64,000 nt of DNA from positions 15,500 through 79,499 of the forward strand of contig CAYWRH010000002.1 in the NCBI GenBank assembly GCA_964460435.1. The letters run 5' to 3'. The notes beneath the pieces are model-generated. The model did not search any database. It saw only the letters and a list, made by a program, of their open reading frames with translations, and was not told the origin of the DNA. The stretch comes from an uncultured Desulfatiglans sp. GTDB taxonomy: Bacteria > Desulfobacterota > DSM-4660 > Desulfatiglandales > HGW-15. This document shows, one piece after another, positions 17,098 through 28,284 of the stretch; the stretch's first letter is position 1, and each line of letters begins with the position of its first letter. A program made the position numbers and the translations under genes.

Positions 17098-18075
17098 TCA
17101 CTTTGCAGGCATGAATGTCCTGCACCCTTTCTGTATCTGTTCAATAACCTGAAGGGCTATATTAAGCGCCTTTCTTTCATCCCTTCCTAAGGTATCAGAC
17201 CTTTTGCCCTTTCGCACAGATGCCAGAAAATAGTTGATCTGGTCTGCAAGGGGGTCGCTGTTCTCAAATGTAATATTCTCTGTCTTGAGGTTTGCGAGGT
17301 TTACCCTGTCGCGGGCCCCCTCGTTAAGCCGTGTGATGCTGAATTCCTTTTTATAGCAGTTTGCATGGATATAGGCATCGGGCTGGAAAACGCGTATCTT
17401 TCTCAGGGTCTTTTCAGCGATCCGGCTTGCCGTAAGGTTTGCGACTGTGCCGTTTTCAAAGATGAGCCTTACATTTGCTATATCGGTCTTGTCCGTAATC
17501 ACGCACATGCCGATGGCATGTATCTCCTTTACCTCGCTCGGAACAAGGTTTAGGACAATATCCAGGTCATGTATCATAAGGTCCAGCACCACATCTACAT
17601 CTGTTCCCCTTTCTGTAAACTTGTTCATCCGGTGGGTCTCTATAAAAAGGGGATTATTCAGATAATCAGAGATCCTTACAACAGCAGGGTTGAACCGTTC
17701 AACAAGCCCTACATGCAGGATAAGGTTTTTTTCATGGGCAAGATTAAGGAGGAGATCCGCGCTTTCAAGGTCATATGTAATGGGCTTTTCTATCAGAAGG
17801 TGCACCCCTGCGTTCAATATATCCTTTGCCACATCAAAATGTTTTTCAGTGGTGACCGCCAGGCTTGCAGCATCAACAAGTTTCAGGAGATCCATATGAT
17901 TTTCAAATACCTTTACCCTGTATTTCTCACCAATCTCCCTTGCCCTTTTTATATTCACATCCGATATCCCTACAAGTTCAACGCCAGGGTTAACAGAATA
18001 TTTTGACACATGTTTTTCACCCATCTGGCCGACGCCTATTACGCAAACCTTTATCTTTCTGTGCTCTTTAACCAT
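17098..18075 (-). CDS. Gfo/Idh/MocA family NAD-dependent oxidoreductase (possible GnnA-like)
   Basis: 325 aa with an N-terminal Rossmann motif (KVCVIGVGQMGEKH) and EKP motif (LLIEKPI). It sits between lpxI and lpxB. Confidence 0.85.
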   Translation of the reverse strand: MVKEHRKIKVCVIGVGQMGEKHVSKYSVNPGVELVGISDVNIKRAREIGEKYRVKVFENHMDLLKLVDAASLAVTTEKHFDVAKDILNAGVHLLIEKPITYDLESADLLLNLAHEKNLILHVGLVERFNPAVVRISDYLNNPLFIETHRMNKFTERGTDVDVVLDLMIHDLDIVLNLVPSEVKEIHAIGMCVITDKTDIANVRLIFENGTVANLTASRIAEKTLRKIRVFQPDAYIHANCYKKEFSITRLNEGARDRVNLANLKTENITFENSDPLADQINYFLASVRKGKRSDTLGRDERKALNIALQVIEQIQKGCRTFMPAK

Positions 18076-18098
18076 TTTATTAATCCAGTTTATATATT

Positions 18099-18926
18099 TT
18101 ATACATCCTGCAGCCTGCAGGAGATAATAGATATTTTATTTCTGTCAGCAAGGTCAACCATTTTTTCATGGTCAAAAACAAGGGTTTTCCCGGCCTCAAT
18201 TGCAAGCGCTCTCGCCTTTACCTCAACCATGGCCTCTATTGTTTTAAGGCCAACCGAAGGGACATCAAACCTGAGATCCTGATCCGGCTTGCTGACCTTG
18301 ACAACAACAGCCTTTTCTCCGGCAAGTTTACCGCCCCTCAGGATGGTGGCATTTGTCCCGTCTATCGCCTCAAGGGCGAGAACCGTCCTGTTTCTGATTA
18401 CAACACACTGGCCTATATCAAGCCTGCCAAGCTCCTTGGCGATCCGCCATCCGATTTGTATATCCCGATCCTCTTCATCAGAGGGTTTGCGTTTTGTAAA
18501 ACATCGTTCAGGGGCAAGCAGTTCAGGAAGATATATGGTTGAGCTTACGATCTCTATCCCCTCGTCAAGCAGTTCCCTGGCGAGCGCCCTTAATATACTG
18601 TCATCATGAAATATTGCAAACTTCGATATAAAGGCAAGCCCTTTAAGGTCTGGCTTGATATTGCTGAACATCTTGCCCTTGCTGATGGTGCCTGCCATAA
18701 GGGCCTTGCTAACATTCCTCTTTTTAAATGCCTTGATCAGCTTTCCCAGTTGTCCGAGGCCTATCCATTCCGTGTGGTGGGCCATTCCGGTGATTGCAGG
18801 GTCTGCCTCTCCCTCAAAGGCAACCGCAGTCACAATGAGCCCCCTTTTTCTGGCAGCCTCTGCGGCCAGAAGAGGAAACTGGCCTCCGCCCGCAATAATA
18901 CCGATTGTGTCGGCCTTATCCGCCAT
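18099..18926 (-). CDS. lpxI: UDP-2,3-diacylglucosamine diphosphatase LpxI (DUF1009)
   Basis: 275 aa. N-terminal IGIIAGGGQFPLL is characteristic of LpxI. It lies directly downstream of lpxA. Confidence 0.85.
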   Translation of the reverse strand: MADKADTIGIIAGGGQFPLLAAEAARKRGLIVTAVAFEGEADPAITGMAHHTEWIGLGQLGKLIKAFKKRNVSKALMAGTISKGKMFSNIKPDLKGLAFISKFAIFHDDSILRALARELLDEGIEIVSSTIYLPELLAPERCFTKRKPSDEEDRDIQIGWRIAKELGRLDIGQCVVIRNRTVLALEAIDGTNATILRGGKLAGEKAVVVKVSKPDQDLRFDVPSVGLKTIEAMVEVKARALAIEAGKTLVFDHEKMVDLADRNKISIISCRLQDV

Positions 18927-18929
18927 CAG

Positions 18930-19736
18930 CTACTCTTCTTCATCCTTTTCTGTTGATCTGTGTGTTATGCCCCTCTTTGAACCGGATGTGAGAAAGTCCA
19001 GAAGAAAATCGAGCTCAGGGAAGGGGGGTATCTCCTCTTTTACCCTTTTTATGCCTTGGTTCAAAGTTGTGGATTCACGCCAAATAATCCTGTATGCCTT
19101 TCTTAAACCTGTAATGGCCTCACGCTTAAACCCTCTGCGTCTTAACCCGACGAGGTTAAGGCCATAAAGGGAGGCCCTTGAACCTGATGCCATCATGTAT
19201 GGAGGAATATCTTTCGGCACACCGGTAAGGCCGCTTATCATGGTATATGCGCCGATCCTCACAAACTGGTGACAGGTAATAAAGGCGCTAAGGGTGGCAT
19301 AATCACCAATGATCGTATGCCCTCCAATGGTGGCGCCATTGACCATTATGACATTGTTGCCGACAACACAGTCATGTGCTATATGGCTATATGACATCAG
19401 ATAGTTATTATTTCCGATTACAGTGACCCAGTCCTGCTTGGTTGTAGCCCTGTGGATAGTGGCATATTCCCTTATGGTGTTGTTGTCACCAATCACAACA
19501 CGGGTATCTTCGCCCCTGTAACCAATATCCTGCGGCGGGGTCCCGATTGTGACAAGGTGTGAGATATTATTGTTTTCACCGATCTCGGTATTGCCCTCTA
19601 TTACCGTATGTGCGCCGATCCTTGTATTCTTTCCGATCTTTACCTGTCTGCCGATTATCGCATATGGGCCTATCTCGCACCCTTCACCTATAATAGCCCC
19701 TGCATCAATTACTGCTGTTCTATCTATCTTTGTCAT
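18930..19736 (-). CDS. lpxA: acyl-ACP--UDP-N-acetylglucosamine O-acyltransferase
   Basis: 268 aa with left-handed beta-helix hexapeptide repeats and the LpxA-type C-terminal helical domain (LNLVGLRRRGF). Confidence 0.95.
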   Translation of the reverse strand: MTKIDRTAVIDAGAIIGEGCEIGPYAIIGRQVKIGKNTRIGAHTVIEGNTEIGENNNISHLVTIGTPPQDIGYRGEDTRVVIGDNNTIREYATIHRATTKQDWVTVIGNNNYLMSYSHIAHDCVVGNNVIMVNGATIGGHTIIGDYATLSAFITCHQFVRIGAYTMISGLTGVPKDIPPYMMASGSRASLYGLNLVGLRRRGFKREAITGLRKAYRIIWRESTTLNQGIKRVKEEIPPFPELDFLLDFLTSGSKRGITHRSTEKDEEE

Positions 19737-19757
19737 TTAATCCATCTTATAAAATAT

Positions 19758-20207
19758 TCATAGCAGTTGTGCGGTCATCTCCGCCTCTGCTGCAACATCT
19801 TCATCCACAAAGGCCTTTCCGGCCAGCTTCCATATCTTTGAACCTGTTCTTATGGTTTCAACAACAAACTTGAGCTGATCGCCAGGCACCACCTGCCTTC
19901 TGAACTTTACATTATCCATTGCCAGGAAAATCATGAGCCTCGGCTCAACCTGGCTTTCATCACCCTCCATCATGGAAAGGCGGGATAATATACCGCCTGT
20001 CTGGGCCATTGCCTCTATTATTAGCACCCCGGGCATAATGGGGTTTCCGGGAAAATGGCCCTGAAAGAACTCCTCGTTTGCTGTTACATTCTTATACCCC
20101 ACTATCCTTTTCAGGGGCTCATACTCTGTAACCCTGTCTACAAGCAGAAAAGGGTACCTGTGTGGAAGCAGTTTGACTATATCCTGAAATTTTATTGGCA
20201 GTTCCAT
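19758..20207 (-). CDS. fabZ: 3-hydroxyacyl-ACP dehydratase FabZ
   Basis: 149 aa with LPHRYPFLLVDRV and HFPGNPIMPGVLIIEAMAQ motifs. Confidence 0.95.
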   Translation of the reverse strand: MELPIKFQDIVKLLPHRYPFLLVDRVTEYEPLKRIVGYKNVTANEEFFQGHFPGNPIMPGVLIIEAMAQTGGILSRLSMMEGDESQVEPRLMIFLAMDNVKFRRQVVPGDQLKFVVETIRTGSKIWKLAGKAFVDEDVAAEAEMTAQLL

Positions 20208-20219
20208 ATCATCTCTCTA

Positions 20220-21260
20220 TTACTTTTTATTGACCTCTTGCTTTTCTTCCATTTCCTTAAGTCTTTTTTCAAGCTCCCTTACCTTTTTATTGAGTTCGGG
20301 GAGCTTACGGATATGGGCCCTTGTCTCCATCCACAGCCTTGGCGGCATTTCAGGGTTGCCCAGCACTGCCTCGCCCTCTGCTACGGATTTATGCACACCT
20401 GCAGCAGAGCCAATAATGGCCCTGTCGCCTATGGAGATATGATCCTTTATCCCGACCTGGCCGCCTATTATAACATTTTTACCTACCTTTACACTCCCGG
20501 AAATCCCTGAAAGTGCAACAACAATACTGTGCTCGCCGATAACCACATTATGGGCCACCTGCACCAGGTTGTCTATCTTTACTCCCCTTTTTATATGCGT
20601 TGTGCCGTTTGCCGCCCGGTCTATGGTGCTGTTTGCCCCTATCTCAACATCGTCATCTATCATGACATTGCCAAGCTGGGGCACCTTTACATTACCTTCA
20701 TCACTCTGGACATATCCGAAACCATCGCTCCCGATCACGCACCCGGCATGGATGATCACATTAGAACCTATAATACAATTCTCATATACAGCAACATTGG
20801 GATGGAGCACACTGTTGCTCCCAACCTTTGCGTTGTTGCCGATAAAGACACCCGGGAAAAGTATTGTATTATCACCGATAACAGAATTTTTGCCCACATA
20901 GACAAAGGGGTAGATTGATACGCCGCTGCCTATCACAGCCGTTTTGTCTATGCATGCATCCTTGCTTATGCCATCGTAATGAGGGGCCTTAGGGGCAAAC
21001 ATGGCCGCAAGCCTTGCATAGGCAAGCTTGGGATTTGCCACAAGTATCTGCTCGCCTGAGTAGCCCTCCAGTTTTTCTGAAACAATAAGGGCAGAGGCCT
21101 TTGTTGAAATGGCCTGCTCTTTGTATCTCACGTCATAGAAAAAGGCTATATCTCCCTCTTTTGCATTATCAAGGGAATTCATGCCCGATATAATGCATGC
21201 GCCATTTCCGGCCACTGTGCCTTTTATGAGCCCTGCAATCTTTTCGAGTGTAAGTTCCAA
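20220..21260 (-). CDS. lpxD: UDP-3-O-acylglucosamine N-acyltransferase
   Basis: 346 aa with an LpxD N-terminal domain, hexapeptide repeats and a C-terminal coiled helix. Confidence 0.93.
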   Translation of the reverse strand: MELTLEKIAGLIKGTVAGNGACIISGMNSLDNAKEGDIAFFYDVRYKEQAISTKASALIVSEKLEGYSGEQILVANPKLAYARLAAMFAPKAPHYDGISKDACIDKTAVIGSGVSIYPFVYVGKNSVIGDNTILFPGVFIGNNAKVGSNSVLHPNVAVYENCIIGSNVIIHAGCVIGSDGFGYVQSDEGNVKVPQLGNVMIDDDVEIGANSTIDRAANGTTHIKRGVKIDNLVQVAHNVVIGEHSIVVALSGISGSVKVGKNVIIGGQVGIKDHISIGDRAIIGSAAGVHKSVAEGEAVLGNPEMPPRLWMETRAHIRKLPELNKKVRELEKRLKEMEEKQEVNKK

Positions 21261-21308
21261 ATCATGCCCCCAAATATATACCCTGGCAAGAGACCCTGTA
21301 TGCCTGAA

Positions 21309-21833
21309 TTACGGTTTAACCTTGTTAAGCTCGCTAATGACCTGATCAGTAATATCAAGCTCCTTTGTAAAATACATTATATTCGCCCTTTCTGCTATCA
21401 GGTCAAACTTCTGTTTTTTGGCAATTGTATCAACAACGCTGTTAATGGTGGTAAGTATGCTGATTCGCGCATCTGTCTGCAGCTTTTTATACTCTTCATT
21501 CAGGTCCTGCATAAGGTACTGGAGGTCACGCTGCTTTTTCTCAAATTCCTTTTCCCTTTCGTTCTTTGCATCCATGCTCAGCATCAGGCTCTGCTTATCC
21601 ATATCCTTCTGCATATCAATCAGTTCCTGTCGCTTTTTATCAACCTCTTTCTGCATCTCAGCCTGTTTATTCTTGAGGGACTCATCTATCCTTTTGCCCT
21701 CATTTGATTCCTGTATGCACCTCTGGAAATCAACCACCCCTATCTTTATGGGTTCCACAGCTGATACACCGAGTTGAATAAAAAGAAGAGTAACTGCAAC
21801 AACTAATATTTTGGTTAAATGTTTCATTCTCAT
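21309..21833 (-). CDS. skp: OmpH/Skp family periplasmic chaperone
   Basis: 174 aa with a signal peptide and a long charged coiled-coil core. It lies between bamA and lpxD, as in the canonical cluster. Confidence 0.85.
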   Translation of the reverse strand: MRMKHLTKILVVAVTLLFIQLGVSAVEPIKIGVVDFQRCIQESNEGKRIDESLKNKQAEMQKEVDKKRQELIDMQKDMDKQSLMLSMDAKNEREKEFEKKQRDLQYLMQDLNEEYKKLQTDARISILTTINSVVDTIAKKQKFDLIAERANIMYFTKELDITDQVISELNKVKP

Positions 21834-21886
21834 ATCCCCCTTAAATTTATGTTAAACGTTATCTAAACCATTTTCCAAGACTGTAA

Positions 21887-24637
21887 CTAAAAAGTTCCGC
21901 CGATCTTGAATTCAAACTTGCCGGAATCAGTGTCATTCTCCCGGTCTTTAAGTTTAAAGCCATATTCAAGCCTCATTGGCCCCATTGGCGAATACCACCT
22001 TATGCCAAACCCTACAGACGCCCCTGCCCCCTTTTTCCAGCTGTCATCCTCTACCAGTGGATTGCCAAAGGCATTGCCTGCATCAAAGAATACAAGCCCT
22101 GTAACCCCCTTGCCCTTTGCAAAGGGTATCCGGTATTCTATCTTGTAGAGCCACATCTTTTCTCCGCCTATTTCAACAGTTGTGCCGGGGAAAAGCGGCG
22201 ATATGGTGCCCCATTCATATCCCCTAACAGTGTCTATGCCCCCAAGCTGGAATTTTTCATAAATTGGGAGGTAACCGCCAGACCGGCCCTCTACATAACC
22301 TAGCTCTGCGCTTGCAACCAGCACCGTGCCCTTGAATAGGGGGAGATACCAGGTTGAATTCAGGGAATATTTATTAAAGGCTATATCCCCTCCCAGAGGG
22401 CCGCCTGCATACTCAAAGGTTAAGGAGTTAAGGGATCCTTTTGTTGTATCCCACCACTTATCCTTGCTGTTGCGTTCAATGCCAAAGATCATGCTGCTTG
22501 TGAGGTATTTATTTTCCGCAATATCCTGTATGGGGTCAATTGAACTTGTGTAGACATCAGTTATTTTTGTTCTGTCATAGGTGTAGAATACGCTCCCCCT
22601 GGTATAGTCATCCAGCCCCAGCAGGAAGGAGATGCCTGTAGTGCCGCCCGTCTGTTGCCTTGTGTAGTCATCATAGTCTCTATCCCAGTTGTAGGCAGAT
22701 ACTGAACCCCTTACAGGCCTGTCAAACATCCAGGGCTCGGTGAATGTTGCATTGAACCTGGTTGTGCGGCTTCCGGCCATAGCCTCAATGCTGAAATTCT
22801 GCCCCCTGCCAAAAAGGTTGTTATTAGCGAACTCAAGCTGGAACATAAACTTTTCATAACCGCCATACCCTGCGGAAAAGGAAATTGACCTCTGGAGCTG
22901 TTCCTTGCCCTCTATATCCAGTATCATTAGGTCATCACTGCTCCCCCTCCTGGTTTTAACCTCATGTTTTTCAAAGATCTCAAGCCGGTCAAGATTCTCC
23001 CTGCTTCTTGCCAGCTTTTCACTGTCATAATACTCCCCCTCTTTTATCTTGAGCTCCCTTCTTAAGACCTTGTCCTTTGTGATCTCATTGCCAAAGATAT
23101 TGATCCTCTCTATGCGCACCCTCTTCTTTTTTTCTATCTTTAGGGGCACATCCACAAGGTTAGTGCCCTCAATAAACCTTTGTGAAGGGGTCACCTCCGT
23201 ATATGCGTAACCCATGCTTCCGTACAGGTTTTTTATATTATCAATTTCTGTGTAGATGGTGCGCCTGCTGAAAGGATCACCCTTTTTAACATTTATAAGT
23301 CTCCTCAGTTCATCCGCAGGCCGCAGAAGGTCGCCTTCAACAATAATATCATTTATAAAGTACTGCTCACCCTCAACAATATCTATTACAAGCCTGAGCT
23401 CCTTTTTCTCTTTATCATACAGCACCTCAGGCTCACCCACACGTGCCTTTATGTACCCGTGACTGTCATAAAAGGCCCCCAGTCTCTGCACATCATACTC
23501 CAGCTTCTTTTTATCCAGCACCCCTGAATCAGTAAACCATGAGAGCCAGTTTTTTTTCTTGGTAAGCATCTCCTTTTTTAGTTTCTTGCTCTTAAACACC
23601 TTGTTGCCCCTGAACTCTATGTCAGAGATAAGCACCTTTTCCCCCTCCTTTATCACATAGGTAAGCGTTACCTCATTATCAGGGAGCTCCTTGATCTTTT
23701 CCTGTATATCAACATTATAATACCCATCATTCTTGTAGAACTCTGTCAGCCTGTTAATGCTCTGCTTTATCTCATTACGGTTAAGAACAGAATAGGCCTT
23801 TATACCTAGCTCTTCTGTCAGCTTGTCATCCTTTTTCTGTTTATTTCCCTGAAAGCTGATCTTGATAATAGTGGGCTTTTCTGTGAGGCTAAAGGTTATC
23901 ACCTTGCCATCCGGGCTGTCTGATGTGACCAGATTTACATCATCAAAAAAGCCCATTTTATAGATGGTCCTGAGATCCCGGTCAAGCTTGACCTGGTCAA
24001 ACGGCTCCCCCTTCCTGCTCTCCATGATCATAAGTATTGCATCATCACCCACCCTTTTATTACCCTCAATTATGATATCCGAGACCAGGGCCTTTTTATC
24101 CATCTGGGAGTTCAGGCTCTCGGCAATCTTTTTTAAAGAGGCAGGGATATTGTTTTTGTCATTTTCCACCATCATCACAGAAAATGGGGATCTGCCGGTA
24201 CCAGGGTCAAGCACCCTTACATTGAGCTGGATGCCCCCCTCTTTCCGGTTATACTCACCAATGATAACCCAGTTTGCGCCATTGGCCTTTGCAAATGGGA
24301 TTATACCCTTTTCAGGCTCTGAATAGGAGATATTGTCTCCAAGGGTTCTGTTAACAAGTTCCGCGCTTAACACATCATAACCCAGACCGGACATCTCTTC
24401 AGAAAGCCATTTCTGCAGTGTGGTATTGAGATTTGCCTCAGACTCGGCGGATTCCACCATAAAAGGTACCACAACAATCTTGTCCATGCCTGATGCAAAT
24501 GCAGGGATAAAAAACATGCTGCAAAAAAGCAGTAACATGAAGAGGACTATAAAATTTATCCTTTTGACAGGTTTAATGCGGGCTGTTCTGTTCAGGGATA
24601 ATTCCTGCTCTTTTCTATTGTAATTTGCCATCGACAA
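21887..24637 (-). CDS. bamA: outer membrane protein assembly factor BamA with extra N-terminal domain
   Basis: 916 aa with POTRA repeats, a C-terminal 16-strand barrel region and terminal ...FKIGGTF. About 135 extra residues precede POTRA1. Confidence 0.93.
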   Translation of the reverse strand: MSMANYNRKEQELSLNRTARIKPVKRINFIVLFMLLLFCSMFFIPAFASGMDKIVVVPFMVESAESEANLNTTLQKWLSEEMSGLGYDVLSAELVNRTLGDNISYSEPEKGIIPFAKANGANWVIIGEYNRKEGGIQLNVRVLDPGTGRSPFSVMMVENDKNNIPASLKKIAESLNSQMDKKALVSDIIIEGNKRVGDDAILMIMESRKGEPFDQVKLDRDLRTIYKMGFFDDVNLVTSDSPDGKVITFSLTEKPTIIKISFQGNKQKKDDKLTEELGIKAYSVLNRNEIKQSINRLTEFYKNDGYYNVDIQEKIKELPDNEVTLTYVIKEGEKVLISDIEFRGNKVFKSKKLKKEMLTKKKNWLSWFTDSGVLDKKKLEYDVQRLGAFYDSHGYIKARVGEPEVLYDKEKKELRLVIDIVEGEQYFINDIIVEGDLLRPADELRRLINVKKGDPFSRRTIYTEIDNIKNLYGSMGYAYTEVTPSQRFIEGTNLVDVPLKIEKKKRVRIERINIFGNEITKDKVLRRELKIKEGEYYDSEKLARSRENLDRLEIFEKHEVKTRRGSSDDLMILDIEGKEQLQRSISFSAGYGGYEKFMFQLEFANNNLFGRGQNFSIEAMAGSRTTRFNATFTEPWMFDRPVRGSVSAYNWDRDYDDYTRQQTGGTTGISFLLGLDDYTRGSVFYTYDRTKITDVYTSSIDPIQDIAENKYLTSSMIFGIERNSKDKWWDTTKGSLNSLTFEYAGGPLGGDIAFNKYSLNSTWYLPLFKGTVLVASAELGYVEGRSGGYLPIYEKFQLGGIDTVRGYEWGTISPLFPGTTVEIGGEKMWLYKIEYRIPFAKGKGVTGLVFFDAGNAFGNPLVEDDSWKKGAGASVGFGIRWYSPMGPMRLEYGFKLKDRENDTDSGKFEFKIGGTF

Positions 24638-25277
24638 TCTCCATTACCTTTGTCATGTTATCTGCGAGCTGCTGATTATGGGTAACAATCACCATGCTCA
24701 GACCATCCTCTTCCCTGATGCGGAGAAGAAGATCAACTATCTCTTTGCCTGTATTTCGGTCAAGATTTCCTGTGGGCTCGTCAGCAAGAAGTATCTTAGG
24801 GCTCATCATAAGGGCCCTTGCTATGGCAACCCTCTGCTGCTCGCCGCCTGACAACTCGCCAATCCTGTGATTAAGGCGATTACCAAGCCCGACCTTCGCC
24901 AGCATGTTTTCCGCCATTTCCATTGCTTCCCTTTGCCCCATCCTCGATATAAGGGCCGGCATCAATGTATTTTCTATTGCATTAAATTCCGGGAGCAGGT
25001 GATGAAACTGGAAAACAAATCCTATCTCCCTGTTTCTCATGCGGCAGAGCGCATTTTCATCCAGGTTAACAGTATCCCGTCCATTGATCCTTACGCTGCC
25101 CGATGAGGGCAGTTCAAGTGCGCCCATGATATTAAGGAGTGTGGATTTGCCTGCGCCTGATGCGCCGATTATGGCTAAGGTATCCCCCTGATTTATGGTG
25201 ATACTGATCCCCTTGAGAACATCTATGCTGTTCCCGTTATTTTTGTATGACTTATAGATATCTTTTAATTCAAGCAT
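24615..25277 (-). CDS. lolD: lipoprotein-releasing ABC transporter ATP-binding protein
   Basis: 220 aa with Walker [10 protein letters not shown], signature LSGGEQQR and Walker [12 protein letters not shown]. It lies downstream of the LolC/E-type permease gene. Confidence 0.85.
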   Translation of the reverse strand: MLELKDIYKSYKNNGNSIDVLKGISITINQGDTLAIIGASGAGKSTLLNIMGALELPSSGSVRINGRDTVNLDENALCRMRNREIGFVFQFHHLLPEFNAIENTLMPALISRMGQREAMEMAENMLAKVGLGNRLNHRIGELSGGEQQRVAIARALMMSPKILLADEPTGNLDRNTGKEIVDLLLRIREEDGLSMVIVTHNQQLADNMTKVMEIVDGKLQ

Positions 25278-25297
25278 ATATCATATCCCAGGATCAT

Positions 25298-26521
25298 CTA
25301 CTCATACCTCAGGGTCTCAACCGGGTTAAGCCGCGACGCATGCCATGAGGGGTATATAGTAGTTAAAAATGACAGGAGGAACCCTGCTATTGTCACAGCC
25401 GTAACATCAACATAATCAACCAGCACAGGAAGTGTGGACACAGGATAGACATCAGATGGTATCTCGATAAATATATATTTTGAGATCAGAAAACAGATGG
25501 CCAGGCCCGATATCACCCCTGCAAGGGTGCCGGTTATGCCTACAATAAGCCCCTGTATCATGAATATGCTCATGATGCTCCTTTTTGAGGTGCCCATTGT
25601 CCTCAAGATGGCAATATCCTTTGCCTTTTCCAGCACTGTCATAACAAGGACGCTTATGATATTAAGCGCCCCCACCATGACTATCATGATCTGTATGATG
25701 AACATGGCGGTTTTTTCAAGCTTGAGCGCCCCGAGCAGGCTGCGGTTGAACTCCTTCCAGTCAATAACTGAATAATCACTCTTAAGTATTTCCCTGATTT
25801 TTTTGGCTGAAATATCAGACTGTTCAGTATTGTCCACCTTTACCTCCAGGTGTGTTGCCTGCCCTTCCATGCCAAAGAGCCTCTGTGCCTCGCTAAAGGA
25901 TACAAAGACAAGCCGCTGGTCATACTCCATCAGCCCTGAAGAAAAGATGCCTGTCACCCTGAAGTTTTGCTTTCTGGGGATTCTGCCAATGGGGGTAAGC
26001 CTTCCGTTTGGAGAATTGAGCTTTATTATGTCCCCCTCACCGATCCTGAGGCTTTTTGCAAGTTCACTCCCGATAATCACATTAGGGATATCTTCGCCAG
26101 TGCTTTTAAGGGATAAGATATCCCCGCTTTGCATCATATTCTTTATGCCGATTATTTCTGTTATCCTTTCAGGATCAACACCTCGCAGAATTACCCCTGT
26201 TGTGTAGGAGGACTGAAGGATCAACTCCTTCATGATGGATGGGGATATATCTTTCACCCCGTGAACAGATTTCAGGCCATCTATAATCTTGTCATAGCCG
26301 GTTATATTCCCCTCATGGCTGCTTATCCATATATGGGGCATTATCCCTAATGACCTTGACATGAGCTCTGCCCTGAACCCGTTCATTACAGAAAGGACAA
26401 CAATAAGGGACATCACACCCACCATTACGCCCAGAATGGAGATGACCGATATTATGGAGATAAAGGCCTGTTTTCGTTTTGCCTTCAGGTATCTCAGGCT
26501 TAAAAAGAGTTCAAGTATCAT
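25298..26521 (-). CDS. lolC: lipoprotein-releasing system permease (LolC/E family)
   Basis: Likely starts at MILELFLSLRYLKAKRK (ATG 26521; the track ORF extends to 26545). MacB-like periplasmic domain and FtsX-type C-terminal TM bundle are present. Confidence 0.85.
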   Translation of the reverse strand: MILELFLSLRYLKAKRKQAFISIISVISILGVMVGVMSLIVVLSVMNGFRAELMSRSLGIMPHIWISSHEGNITGYDKIIDGLKSVHGVKDISPSIMKELILQSSYTTGVILRGVDPERITEIIGIKNMMQSGDILSLKSTGEDIPNVIIGSELAKSLRIGEGDIIKLNSPNGRLTPIGRIPRKQNFRVTGIFSSGLMEYDQRLVFVSFSEAQRLFGMEGQATHLEVKVDNTEQSDISAKKIREILKSDYSVIDWKEFNRSLLGALKLEKTAMFIIQIMIVMVGALNIISVLVMTVLEKAKDIAILRTMGTSKRSIMSIFMIQGLIVGITGTLAGVISGLAICFLISKYIFIEIPSDVYPVSTLPVLVDYVDVTAVTIAGFLLSFLTTIYPSWHASRLNPVETLRYE

Positions 26522-26568
26522 TAAAAAAATGAAACCCCCGCACAATTTACGGGGGCATCCCTTTCATG

Positions 26569-28053
26569 TCATTGCTGTTTATGTCTCATATGAGGGAAGA
26601 GTATTACATCCCTTATTGAGGGCGAATCAGTTAGAAGCATAACTACCCTGTCTATGCCGATACCCTCTCCTGCAGTAGGCGGCAGGCCATATTCAAGGGC
26701 AGTAACAAAGTCTTCATCCATGTACTGCGCCTCATCGTCACCGGCCTCTCTCAAGGCCACCTGTTTTTCAAACCGACCACGCTGATCATCCGGGTCATTC
26801 AGCTCTGTAAATGCGTTCGCAATCTCCTTGCCTGTAATATAGAGCTCAAACCTGTCAACAATATCAGGATTTTGATCATTCTTCCTTGATAAGGGTGATA
26901 TCTCAGTAGGATACCCTGTAACAAAGGTGGGGTTCACAAGCTTATGTTCAACCAGTTCGTCAAAGATCTTTTCAAGCACCCTTACATGGCTGTCTGTCTT
27001 GAGTATGGGTATCTTTTTTGACTGGGCAAAATTGACTGCCGCTTCAAAATCCTTTAATACCTCATCACCTGTGCCGCCTATATCCCTGATAGCATCATAT
27101 AGAGATATCCTTTTCCATGGAGGGGTAAAATCGATCTTTTGGCCCTGATACTCTATTATGAGGCTCCCCTTTATCTCTGCAAGAAGCCTGCTGAAAAGGT
27201 CTTCAGTAAGAAGCATGAGATCTTCATAGGTTGCATAGGCCATGTAGAACTCTATCATGGTAAACTCAGGATTGTGTTTTACTGATATCCCCTCATTCCT
27301 GAAATTCCGGTTAATCTCATAGACCCTGTCAAGGCCGCCCACAACAAGCCTCTTTAAAAAGAGCTCAGGCGCTATCCTCAGATAAAGGTCCATGCCCAGG
27401 GCATTGTGATAGGTCTTAAAGGGCCTTGCTGTTGCGCCGCCCGGGATGGTCTGCATCATGGGTGTTTCAACCTCAAGAAAGCCCTGTGAGTTGAAGTAGT
27501 TTCTGAAAAAACTGATTATCCTGCTCCTCGTTATAAAGACCTCCCTCACATCATCATTTACGATAAGGTCTACATAACGCTGCCTGTATCTTGTTTCAAC
27601 ATCAGTTAACCCGTGCCACTTTTCAGGAAGCGGCCTTAATGATTTGGTAAGGAGCCTTATTTCGGTTGCGAGTATGGTCAGCTCATCGGTCTTTGTCTTG
27701 AAAAATGAGCCTGTTATACCTATATAGTCGCCTATGTCCATCAGCTTGAAAAGCTCATAGCCCTTATCACCCACCTTGTCCTTTCTGATATATGCCTGTA
27801 TCTTACCGGCGTTGTCCTTGATATGGATAAATGCGGCCTTGCCGAATACCCTCATGGCCATTATCCTGCCTGCAAAGGTGTATTGGGTGGTGTCCTTTTC
27901 GAGCTCCTCACCCGAAATCCCTCCGAACCTTTCAATAGCCTTTTTTGAATCAAAGTTGAATTTGAAACCTGCCGGGAATGGATTAATGCCTAACTCTTTT
28001 AACCGATCAATTTTTTTTCTGCGATCTTCAGTAACTGTGCTTGCTTTTTCCAT
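26569..28053 (-). CDS. lysS: lysine--tRNA ligase (class II)
   Basis: 494 aa with an OB-fold anticodon-binding N-domain and class II motifs ([22 protein letters not shown]). Confidence 0.97.
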   Translation of the reverse strand: MEKASTVTEDRRKKIDRLKELGINPFPAGFKFNFDSKKAIERFGGISGEELEKDTTQYTFAGRIMAMRVFGKAAFIHIKDNAGKIQAYIRKDKVGDKGYELFKLMDIGDYIGITGSFFKTKTDELTILATEIRLLTKSLRPLPEKWHGLTDVETRYRQRYVDLIVNDDVREVFITRSRIISFFRNYFNSQGFLEVETPMMQTIPGGATARPFKTYHNALGMDLYLRIAPELFLKRLVVGGLDRVYEINRNFRNEGISVKHNPEFTMIEFYMAYATYEDLMLLTEDLFSRLLAEIKGSLIIEYQGQKIDFTPPWKRISLYDAIRDIGGTGDEVLKDFEAAVNFAQSKKIPILKTDSHVRVLEKIFDELVEHKLVNPTFVTGYPTEISPLSRKNDQNPDIVDRFELYITGKEIANAFTELNDPDDQRGRFEKQVALREAGDDEAQYMDEDFVTALEYGLPPTAGEGIGIDRVVMLLTDSPSIRDVILFPHMRHKQQ

Positions 28054-28284
28054 AATTTATAAACCGCTATAAGTATTTAAAATAATAGTAAATGATTAAT
28101 TTTTTTAGTTATTTTAATAATTTGAACATTTACTTTTAATCTATATACCTCTCTTAGTCAAGGTAAAAGATGGCAGAAAATGGCCATATAACGGGGTTTA
28201 GACATGATATTTACGGTTTTGTTCCTGCCTATTTTTACAGAAGAGAAAAAGAGAAAAATAAAGCAGGACAAATAAAATAATGCT

